Below are positions 8,504 to 16,230 of a DNA stretch of 46,532 nt, piece after piece; the first letter of the stretch is position 1; each line of letters opens with the position of its first letter. The stretch lies in UHGV virus genome UHGV-0212526, one strand, 5' to 3'. Under the pieces are notes generated by a model. It was given only the letters and a program-made list of their open reading frames with translations. It was not told the DNA's origin and did not search any database. Source of the stretch: a virus. The position numbers and the translations under genes are program-made.

Positions 8504-8617
8504 CTAAGCATTGAGTACTGCCTCGACTTCCGCCCTTAACTTCTCCGGGACCTGTTCAATCGTCTTCTTGCCCTTGCGAATAAGGTCCGCATATACAATT
8601 ACCATATAACTTGCCAT
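8504..8617 (-). CDS. XkdX-like small phage protein, second paralogue (37 aa)
   Basis: Unlisted ORF MASYMVIVYADLIRKGKKTIEQVPEKLRAEVEAVLNA; paralogue of the 8335..8463 ORF. Confidence 0.5.
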   Translation of the reverse strand: MASYMVIVYADLIRKGKKTIEQVPEKLRAEVEAVLNA

Positions 8618-8620
8618 TCC

Positions 8621-8965
8621 TTACACCTCCATTCCCTCGTAAATTTCTGTCAGGGCCAGCTGGGTATTGGTTGCCTCTTCGGCCAGTGCCAGATTGGCCT
8701 CATACTGTTCTGTGAGTGCCAACTGTGCCTCTGTAAGCTGGTCACCCAGACTTACCACCTGTTCCTGCAGACGTCCAATATCTGACTCAGGCAGATACGC
8801 AAAGACCGGCTGTGGATTACCAGCATTGGTCACATCAATATGGTCCAGTCTCGCACCATCGGGAATATCTACCCACATGCACTGCAGGCCTTGTGGTACC
8901 CGTTCCTCGCCATACATAATAGTCCAAATACGGCCGGTGTCGTCATAGATTACTAATGCTTTCAT
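8621..8965 (-). CDS. hypothetical phage protein, tentatively XkdW-like
   Basis: 114 aa; N-terminal globular part then repetitive coiled region (QLALTEQYEANLALAEEATNTQLALTE); position before XkdX-like genes as in PBSX. Confidence 0.4.
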   Translation of the reverse strand: MKALVIYDDTGRIWTIMYGEERVPQGLQCMWVDIPDGARLDHIDVTNAGNPQPVFAYLPESDIGRLQEQVVSLGDQLTEAQLALTEQYEANLALAEEATNTQLALTEIYEGMEV

Positions 8966-9041
8966 GTTTCATCAATCCTTTCTTTGTGATATACTGTTTA
9001 TCAATGATGGTTTCAAGTATAGGTATGTTTCCTATCTTGCG

Positions 9042-9105
9042 ATACTATTGTTTATGGGAAGCCTGTTTTTAGAGCCATAATATTGTTTATGGGAAGTCTA
9101 TATTT
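9042..9105. repeat. direct repeats ATTGTTTATGGGAAG x2 (third degenerate copy ~8989-9008)
   Basis: actATTGTTTATGGGAAGcctgttttt ... aatATTGTTTATGGGAAGtctatattt, ~37 bp apart, upstream of plus-strand ORF 9109..9432. Confidence 0.4.
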
Positions 9106-9108
9106 GGG

Positions 9109-9432
9109 GTGGCCGGCAAAGTCCGAAAGTATGCCGTGAAAAACAGTACCGTATCATCCTCAGGTACTGCAAGCATCTCTATCAGTGCTGGATATGACCC
9201 TGGAAGGTTAATGTATAAGGCGACAATACCAACAGGGTTTAATGTATCGTGCATTGCCTGGACAGATGGGGCCCTAGTGGGATTTTGGTCAGGCAATCCT
9301 GCCCACTGTGCTGGATGGAATTACCGATTTGATTTTAATATGAGTGGTGCTTGGCATGTAAATAGTACCAATGCTGTCTTACCATGTATTGAAAATGGTA
9401 CTGTCTGGTACTGTGTTGCCGGATATTATTAA
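9109..9432 (+). CDS. hypothetical protein on opposite strand to late operon
   Basis: 107-aa ORF, Ser/Gly/Trp-rich; weak RBS; preceded by direct repeats. Confidence 0.3.
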   Translation: MAGKVRKYAVKNSTVSSSGTASISISAGYDPGRLMYKATIPTGFNVSCIAWTDGALVGFWSGNPAHCAGWNYRFDFNMSGAWHVNSTNAVLPCIENGTVWYCVAGYY

Positions 9433-9569
9433 TAGTAACCAAATACTTTAACTGTCATATTTCTTCCCCCGTTTATTGATCCCGCTGGGAGTCTTACCAA
9501 GCCGGAGTTTAAGGAAGAGGGTATGAAAAAAAGTCTGTAAATTGAAATCTTCTATGATAGGTTAATGAG

Positions 9570-9602
9570 AAAGGTAGGTGGCTGTCGTGACCACCTACCT
9601 TT
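9570..9602. terminator. strong hairpin AAAGGTAGGTGG-9nt-CCACCTACCTTT
   Basis: perfect 12-bp stem; weak U-tract; likely terminator for the 9109..9432 transcript or a bidirectional stop. Confidence 0.4.
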
Positions 9603-9695
9603 ACTATACGGATGCTTTTGGCTTCTGTCAAGATATTTTGGAAAGATCTATCAAATGTGGTACACTTCTGATATAAGATCATCAGGAGGTATCTC

Positions 9696-9956
9696 ATGAA
9701 GCTAAAAACAGACGAACCCTTTGTGCCAGAAAATATCAGGGTAAAAATCAATAAACTGCAGGCTTTGCTGGATCAGGCCGCAGACTTATATAATGATATC
9801 TATGAATGGTACGACCGCGAACTGAAATCTTATAACCCGAACGCTTCCGCGGATGATGAATTGTTTGACCCTGGTACAGGCACTGTTGTGGAAGGGATCA
9901 GATTATCTGGCGGTCATGGAATCCCTGTCCGAACTTCAGACAGCCAACGAATGTAA
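9696..9956 (+). CDS. hypothetical 86-aa protein (opposite-strand cargo)
   Basis: ORF with good AGGAGGT RBS 7 nt upstream of ATG; acidic protein, no recognisable domain. Confidence 0.45.
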   Translation: MKLKTDEPFVPENIRVKINKLQALLDQAADLYNDIYEWYDRELKSYNPNASADDELFDPGTGTVVEGIRLSGGHGIPVRTSDSQRM

Positions 9957-10112
9957 AGCGTGGGAGAATTAGCCCTGCGCCCCTTCAGCCTGGCTCCCGG
10001 CGATATCCGCCCGTATCAGGGATTTAATGGCTCCCTGTACGGGAGTATCCCAAAGATTGTGTAAACCTCTAAACTGATGTAAGATAGAATTACTCAGTTT
10101 GGAGGTTTTATT

Positions 10113-11354
10113 ATGGCAAGGAAAAATGACACACCACAGAAAGCGGCAATGCGGGAACTCATGAGCGGTTATCTCAAACAAAACAACGTCAAGATCAAAG
10201 ATGGCACAGATGTCAATGCGATTATGCGTGACATGATGAGTGTCATATTGGAAGGTGCCCTCGATGAGGAAATGAATGAGGAGCTTGGATACTCCAAGTA
10301 TGATTACCGTAACAAAGAAACTGACAACAGCAGAAACGGCCATTCCCAGAAGACCATGCACACCAGCTATGGAGACATGGAGATTGATATCCCACGGGAC
10401 AGAAAAGGGGAATACGAACCTCAGGTGGTCAAAAAATATCAGAATACCGTCACCCAGGACATGGAGGAAAAGATCCTCTCCATGTACGCTAAGGGCATGA
10501 CCACCCATGATATCGAGAGCCATATGCGGGAACTGTACGACATCGATATCTCAGACAGTACCATCAGCCGTATCACGGACAAAATCCTGCCTATCGTAAA
10601 GGAATGGCAGGAACGGCCATTGGAAGAGATTTACGCAGTGGTATTCCTGGATGCCGTCCACTTCCATGTACGCAGCGAGGGACGTATCGTAAAGCAGGCC
10701 GTGTATATCGCCATAGGGATTGATATGTCCGGGAGGAAAGATGTCCTGGGTATGTATGTAGGGCAGAATGAAAGCGCCAAGTTCTGGCTCTCCATTCTGA
10801 ACGGATTAAAGAACCGGGGTGTGGAGGATATCCTGATTGCGTGTGTCGATGGGCTTTCCGGTTTCCCACAAGCGATAGAAGCCGTTTATCCCCAGACAGA
10901 AATCCAGCAGTGCATCATCCATCAGATCCGCAACACCACCCGTTTTGTCTCCTACAAAGAGATTAAGCCGCTGATGGCTGATTTAAAGAAAGTGTATGCG
11001 GCACCGACTGAGGAAACCGCCGTATCGGAATTGGACAGTTTTGATGAAAAATGGAGTGGGAAATATCCTAAAATCGCCAAGTCCTGGCGTGATAACTGGG
11101 TAAATCTATCCACCTATTTTAAGTATCCAGAGGCAGTCAGACGCCTGATATATACGACAAATACCATAGAAGGATTTAACCGTCAGCTGAGAAAAGTGAC
11201 CAAATCGAAGACGGTATTCCCATCCGATGACAGCCTATTAAAAATGCTGTATCTAGCAATGATGGATATCACGAAGAAATGGACGGGGCACCGTCAGGAT
11301 TGGGGTCAGATCCATTCCCAACTGGAAATATTTTTTGAAGAACGATTGTCCTGA
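10113..11354 (+). CDS. IS256-family (Mutator-type) transposase
   Basis: 413 aa; family-typical layout and motifs (e.g. YTTNxIE, CxxH region, LGY...DYRNG). Confidence 0.9.
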   Translation: MARKNDTPQKAAMRELMSGYLKQNNVKIKDGTDVNAIMRDMMSVILEGALDEEMNEELGYSKYDYRNKETDNSRNGHSQKTMHTSYGDMEIDIPRDRKGEYEPQVVKKYQNTVTQDMEEKILSMYAKGMTTHDIESHMRELYDIDISDSTISRITDKILPIVKEWQERPLEEIYAVVFLDAVHFHVRSEGRIVKQAVYIAIGIDMSGRKDVLGMYVGQNESAKFWLSILNGLKNRGVEDILIACVDGLSGFPQAIEAVYPQTEIQQCIIHQIRNTTRFVSYKEIKPLMADLKKVYAAPTEETAVSELDSFDEKWSGKYPKIAKSWRDNWVNLSTYFKYPEAVRRLIYTTNTIEGFNRQLRKVTKSKTVFPSDDSLLKMLYLAMMDITKKWTGHRQDWGQIHSQLEIFFEERLS

Positions 11355-11400
11355 TAATAAGCAGAGTAGGGCAGCGGTCGGGTTGCCTTGGCAGCCCCGC

Positions 11401-11500
11401 TTGACATACCCAGAATGCGTATTATAATACAAACAAAGGGCAAGGCCCAGAAAGATGGCTTTGCCCTTCGCAACTATCAACTTATCTTATTTCAGTTTTT
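11401..11500 (+). promoter_or_regulatory. promoter-like TTGACA-16-TATAAT followed by hairpin/T-run inside IS copy A right end
   Basis: TTGACA ~11401, TATAAT ~11423; AAGGGCAAGGCC-9nt-GGCTTTGCCCTT hairpin then ttatcttatttcagtttttt. Confidence 0.35.
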
Positions 11501-11694
11501 TGAGTTTACACAAACTTTGAAACGGTCTCCCCTGTACGGAGGTATCCCGGCTGTATTTCTGCTTCCTGATCCAAGCAATGATATCGGCATCTGTCTTGTT
11601 GTTCAGTTTCAGCTTGACCTGTGTGGTATTCCACTCATCATACTTTCCCTGCGCCTCATATTTTGAAAATCCATACATGGATGACTCCTTTCCG

Positions 11695-11734
11695 GATAGG
11701 TGTACACCTACATCCGGGCATAGGTGTACACCTA
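11695..11734. repeat. two copies of palindrome ATAGGTGTACACCTA(T), 8 bp apart
   Basis: second copy is a perfect 16-bp palindrome; between the IS copy B transposase stop and the small split gene's RBS. Confidence 0.45.
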
Positions 11735-11747
11735 TGCCTGTGTGTAC

Positions 11748-13028
11748 TTATTCCGGCAGTCGGCCTTCATACATGATCGACAGTTCCCCGTAAACCTGCC
11801 CCCAGTTGCGGATGGGCATTGTCCATTTCTTCGTGGCCTCAAAGGTCGCCAGATACAATGCCTTCAGAAGCGCTGTGCTGCCGGGGAATACGCTCCTCTG
11901 GCGGTTGAGCTTGCGGTAGGTGGAATTGAGGCTCTCTATGGCGTTGGTCGTGTAGATCACCTTTCGCACCTCCATTGAGAACTTAAAGATCGGCGAGACT
12001 ACATCCCAGTTGTCGTGCCAGCGCTTCATAGAATTCGGATATTTCGGCGTCCACTTTTCTGTCACCTTCTCCAGCGCCTCCAGGGCTTTCTCCTCGTTCG
12101 CAGCGTGGTAGATAGTTTTCAGATCTGTGGAGAATGCTTTCCGGTCTTTGTCAGAGACATATTTGAGTGTGTTGCGTACCATATGCACGATGCAGCGCTG
12201 TTGTTCCGTCTTCGGGAATGCTGCCGATATGGCCTCCTTAATGCCCGTGAGTCCGTCTGAGCAGAGGATGAGGATATCTTTCACTCCGCGGTTCTTCAGC
12301 TCATTCAGGACAGAGAGCCAGTACTTGGAACTCTCATTTTCCCCGATTTGTATACTTAAAACTTCCTTTTTCCCTTCCAGCGTGAGGCCAAGGATGACAT
12401 AGGCGGCAAGCTTGCGGATCACTCCGTTCTCCCGGACAGAATAATGGATTGCGTCAATATAGACTACCGGGTAAACCTCCTCCAGCGGGCGGTTCTGCCA
12501 GTCTTCGATCTGTGGAAGAAGCTTGTCCGTCACATCCGAAATGAAACCCTCAGAAGCCTCGAACCCATAGATATCCATCAGCGTGTCGGATATCTGGCTG
12601 GTGGTCATGCCTTTTGCATACATGGAGATGATCTTCTGGTCGATACTGGAGATATCCTTTTGCCGCTTTTTTACTACCTGTGGCTCAAACGTCGACTTCC
12701 TGTCCTGGGGCACCTGGATGTCCATGCTCCCGAAGCTGCTGTTGATTCTCTTGGGCTTGTAGCCGTTGCGGTAATCGTCGGAATCAGAACGCTCCGATTT
12801 TTCATAACCGAGGTGGTCATCCATCTCAGCCTCCATCATCTCTTTCAGGGTACTTCCCAGAAGGTCTTTCAGGGCCTCCTGGATGTCCTCAGCAGTCTGG
12901 ATGTCATACTCCTCCAACAACTGATGGACAATGTTCCTTTTGCCCTCCGTCATAACTACCTTGTGTACAGGTTGCTTTTCTCTTCTCGCCATAATAATAG
13001 GCCTCCTTATGATAATAGATTTTACCAT
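11748..13028 (-). CDS. IS256-family transposase (second, distinct member)
   Basis: 426 aa, same architecture as the 10113..11354 protein but clearly divergent; probable start MARREKQ at ~12992 (AAGGAGG RBS). Confidence 0.9.
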   Translation of the reverse strand: MVKSIIIRRPIIMARREKQPVHKVVMTEGKRNIVHQLLEEYDIQTAEDIQEALKDLLGSTLKEMMEAEMDDHLGYEKSERSDSDDYRNGYKPKRINSSFGSMDIQVPQDRKSTFEPQVVKKRQKDISSIDQKIISMYAKGMTTSQISDTLMDIYGFEASEGFISDVTDKLLPQIEDWQNRPLEEVYPVVYIDAIHYSVRENGVIRKLAAYVILGLTLEGKKEVLSIQIGENESSKYWLSVLNELKNRGVKDILILCSDGLTGIKEAISAAFPKTEQQRCIVHMVRNTLKYVSDKDRKAFSTDLKTIYHAANEEKALEALEKVTEKWTPKYPNSMKRWHDNWDVVSPIFKFSMEVRKVIYTTNAIESLNSTYRKLNRQRSVFPGSTALLKALYLATFEATKKWTMPIRNWGQVYGELSIMYEGRLPE

Positions 13029-13636
13029 AGAAGACCTACTGCTTGATAGCTATTTACAGAAAAACTTTCATACTCCCTTAAGGAATAGTATCCACCATTA
13101 AGCCAATATAAAAATTGGGTTCCATAACTACTTCTGTTGCTTCTTTCAGCATAAGCAAATCCCCACCCATCTCCTCCTCCATGAATAGGGGTGTAATCAG
13201 CGTGTTCACCTACAATTGATGCATAGAGAGGTGTGAAACCAATATTGCTAATACTCACATAATAAGCGTATATGGAGCAATCACCTCCCGTAAAATTGAC
13301 TTTACTGGTAGATGATGTAAGGGTTTTAGTTATACTCGCATACTTCCGCACATTTCCGGAAACGCCAAAAATGCTCTTCCCATAAACAATATTATTTGCA
13401 TTTAGGTTCCCGTCCCCTTTAATGGTCTGCGCCCCAGCCAGGAACTGATTAGCCGCAATAACCTGGTTAGATGTCCCTGGCGTGTAAGTCTTAGCGGCTA
13501 TTTCCGCCATGATTCCCGTCAATGGATTTCCGTCTTTATCTACGATCACTTTCCCTTTGCGTACATCCGATGACGCTGCTGTTATCACATCCAGGTCAGC
13601 GCCATCACCGCCCCCAGGTATCCATATCTTACCCAT
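13022..13636 (-). CDS. tail fibre / receptor-binding protein segment, 3' end runs into IS copy B
   Basis: Gly/Ser/Asn-rich beta-type sequence; last ~18 codons lie inside the inferred IS end, so the C-terminus is probably IS-derived. Confidence 0.5.
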   Translation of the reverse strand: MGKIWIPGGGDGADLDVITAASSDVRKGKVIVDKDGNPLTGIMAEIAAKTYTPGTSNQVIAANQFLAGAQTIKGDGNLNANNIVYGKSIFGVSGNVRKYASITKTLTSSTSKVNFTGGDCSIYAYYVSISNIGFTPLYASIVGEHADYTPIHGGGDGWGFAYAERSNRSSYGTQFLYWLNGGYYSLREYESFSVNSYQAVGLLW

Positions 13637-13783
13637 TACTGCTCCTTTCCAATACCGCCAGTATCTCGACCTTCTCGCCTTTTGTCAGGTTCCTGTAACC
13701 TTCCAGGATGTCTGCCGGCTCCTCTCCTTGATTCTTCCTTATTCTGAGCCCCTTAATAACTATCGCTTTAAATATTTCATTCA

Positions 13784-14089
13784 TCACACTGCACCTCCAA
13801 TGATATCTGCCATAGCCACTGTAAGTTGGGCATTATCTGCCCTTAGCTGCTGGATCTCTTCCTTGTCAGTTGGCAATCTGTCAATTACTGTAACACCATC
13901 AGCCTTAAAGAATACACCATTAATATACTTGTCATTCCTCTCACAAACGTACTGCATGCAATCAACGGCAAATGCAGTATCACCATATACAATCCTTGCA
14001 ACCCTGTTTGCATCTTCATAGCTATATGCAACACAAACATCCCTGATTGTTTCATCATGCACCAATGCATATACTTCATGTGCTACCAT
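13784..14089 (-). CDS. hypothetical tail-region protein
   Basis: 101-aa ORF in operon frame with neighbours. Confidence 0.4.
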   Translation of the reverse strand: MVAHEVYALVHDETIRDVCVAYSYEDANRVARIVYGDTAFAVDCMQYVCERNDKYINGVFFKADGVTVIDRLPTDKEEIQQLRADNAQLTVAMADIIGGAV

Positions 14090-14107
14090 AATTTACATCC
14101 TCCTTAC

Positions 14108-15364
14108 TTAATATAGTCTTAACAATATTACTCCTGAACCACCGTATCCAACTGGTCCACAGTATGGTCTATATGATTGGTCACCATATGGTCTATTCTG
14201 GCCGCCGCCGCCTCCACCAGTACCTGCTCCACCATTAGTAGCTGGATTTCCTCCGCCGCCAGCCCCTCCAGCTCCGCCATAATAACCGGTCCAATAGCGT
14301 CCTTCTGATGAACTACCACTTTGCCAGTACCCACTACCGGAACCACCACCACCAGAATATAGTGTATTACCAGCTTCACCAAATGCTCTTGTGGTTCTAC
14401 CCTGACCAGTTCCAGGATTTAATGTTTGTGATGCATATTCTCCAGTTCCTCCTCCAGGTCTACCATTCCCACCGTCTTGTCCACCACTACCACCATTTCG
14501 ATAGGCATACCCCCATGCGTCACCGTCTCCGCCACCGCCGGAACCTCCATTTCCTCCCTGCACTCTTGAGGCGCCAACCACTATACCAGACTGTCCGCCA
14601 CCAGCAGTGCAGATATTTCCAAATGAAGTTGCAGCGCAAGCACCACCTACAGTAGCGGCTATTTGTTGTCCAGGAGTTACATGTACACCTTTGGCAGTAT
14701 TTGTATACCCACCACCGCCTCCAGCTCCGCCATGTAATGGGTTTGTTGATGAAAGATTTCTTGATACTTCACTGCCATTACCTCCACCCCCAACACAGAA
14801 TACGTCAATAGTGCTGAATCCATCTGGTATTGTATATACCTGTGTACCAGTAATTGTAATATTTTGCACTCCACCAGTGGCTACGGTTGCTTGCTTGATA
14901 GATGCTGGGTCATATACCGGACTCCATATATCTCCAAAGCTTGTTGTTGCATATCCAAAACATGTAAAGTAATATAATGTATTGAGATTTGGCATATCCA
15001 TAAATACCTGTGACCAACCACCCGGAGCTGTATTACTACCAACTCCAGCATATCCCGCGGCAAGGTTGGCATCAGGTTCATTCCATGCTGGATATCTGCC
15101 TGCCATACATTTAACGATAACCCCACCAAATGGTTTCCCTGGAGTGGGGTTTGGATTCTGCCATTTTACTAATACGCGCCGCCCAGAATACGGCGCTACA
15201 CTAAAAGACATTATACTGTTGACCGTCATTCGTCCGATGCCTGGTTCGTCATTACTGTCTGATGTGACCGCAGTCTCTCCAGCCAGTACATGGTCCAGCG
15301 TGGCTGTGCACTCGTCACTTCCAGTTCCGCCTCCGCTCCCGCCTGTCATCAATATTTCACCCAT
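14108..15364 (-). CDS. glycine-rich tail fibre protein
   Basis: 418 aa with long poly-Gly/Ser/Tyr tracts (GGGGSGSGYW, GGAGGAGGGG, GTGGGGGGQ). Confidence 0.65.
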   Translation of the reverse strand: MGEILMTGGSGGGTGSDECTATLDHVLAGETAVTSDSNDEPGIGRMTVNSIMSFSVAPYSGRRVLVKWQNPNPTPGKPFGGVIVKCMAGRYPAWNEPDANLAAGYAGVGSNTAPGGWSQVFMDMPNLNTLYYFTCFGYATTSFGDIWSPVYDPASIKQATVATGGVQNITITGTQVYTIPDGFSTIDVFCVGGGGNGSEVSRNLSSTNPLHGGAGGGGGYTNTAKGVHVTPGQQIAATVGGACAATSFGNICTAGGGQSGIVVGASRVQGGNGGSGGGGDGDAWGYAYRNGGSGGQDGGNGRPGGGTGEYASQTLNPGTGQGRTTRAFGEAGNTLYSGGGGSGSGYWQSGSSSEGRYWTGYYGGAGGAGGGGNPATNGGAGTGGGGGGQNRPYGDQSYRPYCGPVGYGGSGVILLRLY

Positions 15365-15370
15365 TTGTCT

Positions 15371-15814
15371 TTACACTCCTTTCAGGCCTACGGTCATATC
15401 AATCGTGGGCTTCTTATTGTAGCATTTAAATGTTGCCTGCCCATCTGCCGTGTCCCCATCGTCAATCATTCCAAATGCCTTGTTATACGCTTTCACCTGT
15501 TCCGGTGTTGCCCCGTCTGCAATCACCTTTACCAGTATGGGGTTGTCCTCCGTTGTCAGCCCCTCTATCGGCACAGTCTGGGTATATGGGGCCGCAGTGC
15601 TCCATCCGGATGCCTGGAGCGTGACGGGTACAACATGGTTCAGGGCATTCACTGCCCTATTCGTAGCGTTAATGTCACTCGGACCAAATATGTCACCCTC
15701 CTGGCTGTACGCAGTCACATCCTGAATTTCTGATTTTCCTTCCCCATCCTGGATTATCTGATACTTTCGGTTGCCCTCAAACACATCTGCCTTGTAATTT
15801 GTCTTTAATGCCAT
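15371..15814 (-). CDS. hypothetical tail/fibre-associated protein
   Basis: 147-aa ORF in tail module. Confidence 0.45.
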   Translation of the reverse strand: MALKTNYKADVFEGNRKYQIIQDGEGKSEIQDVTAYSQEGDIFGPSDINATNRAVNALNHVVPVTLQASGWSTAAPYTQTVPIEGLTTEDNPILVKVIADGATPEQVKAYNKAFGMIDDGDTADGQATFKCYNKKPTIDMTVGLKGV

Positions 15815-15816
15815 TC

Positions 15817-16230
15817 TTACCTCCTGTTTCCTATTCCCCTCATGCCCAGCCTAAACGCCAGGCGCTGCTGTCCGCTCACCATGCTGTCATACATATCCCC
15901 CAAGTCCTTAAGTATCTGCTCAATGTCATTTGCCTGATAGATGCTGCTGTATGTGATTTTTACTGGGGTAGCTGGGGTACAGCCCTTGGTATAATAGGCA
16001 GCCCGCAGCGTTTTAATGTTGCCCAGCAGCCTGGACATCTCCGTATCCGTCCGGAAGTCCTCCATCCTCCACGCCTTGGTCTGTATGGTCACCCCCAGAC
16101 GCCCCGCCAAAAGCGCACAGGCATCTTCCACACGGTTCAAGTCTGTATACGCTATATATGCCCTATCTGTGTCATTGGCCAGGTCATCCGCCGTCCTGTC
16201 CGTTATCAGCGTTTCCAATACCGTACTCAT
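15817..16230 (-). CDS. hypothetical tail-associated protein
   Basis: 137-aa ORF, overlapping stop/start with neighbours. Confidence 0.45.
   Translation of the reverse strand: MSTVLETLITDRTADDLANDTDRAYIAYTDLNRVEDACALLAGRLGVTIQTKAWRMEDFRTDTEMSRLLGNIKTLRAAYYTKGCTPATPVKITYSSIYQANDIEQILKDLGDMYDSMVSGQQRLAFRLGMRGIGNRR

Larger units (their letters stand above)
10043..11530 (+). mobile_element. IS256-family insertion sequence, copy A, with 9-bp target-site duplication CCTGTACGG
   Basis: Terminal inverted repeats GGAGTATCCCAAAGATTGTGTAAAC (left) / GGAGACCGTTTCAAAGTTTGTGTAAAC (right, reverse complement); identical CCTGTACGG at ~10034-10042 and ~11531-11539. Confidence 0.7.
9969..11678 (-). pseudogene. 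small phage gene (~83 aa when rejoined) split by IS256-family insertion
   Basis: N-terminal part MYGFSKYEAQGKYDEWNTTQVKLKLNNKTDADIIAWIRKQKYSRDTSVQG (11487..11678, AAAGGAG RBS) continues in frame, once the IS and one copy of the 9-bp duplication are removed, as AIKSLIRADIAGSQAEGAQG ending at 9969. Confidence 0.5.
11690..13077 (-). mobile_element. IS256-family insertion sequence, copy B (low-coordinate boundary unresolved)
   Basis: High-coordinate end ctatttacagaaaaactttcatactccc (~13051-13077) resembles the copy A right IR; no flanking direct repeat found; low-coordinate end lies between ~11560 and 11747. Confidence 0.5.

Noticed and set aside
9969-10523. Minus-strand ORF 9969..10523 (184 aa)
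   Set aside because: Most of it is the antisense of the IS256-family transposase gene. Only its last ~20 codons (outside the IS) are real, as the tail of the interrupted small gene.
12444-13046. Plus-strand ORF 12444..13046 and other plus ORFs across 12015..12402
   Set aside because: Antisense to the second transposase gene; no RBS. Shadow ORFs in a GC-biased frame.
14128-15733. Several 60-150-aa ORFs on both strands inside the glycine-rich fibre gene
   Set aside because: Produced by the repetitive GGN/CCN codon structure of the 14108..15364 gene. Products are low-complexity.
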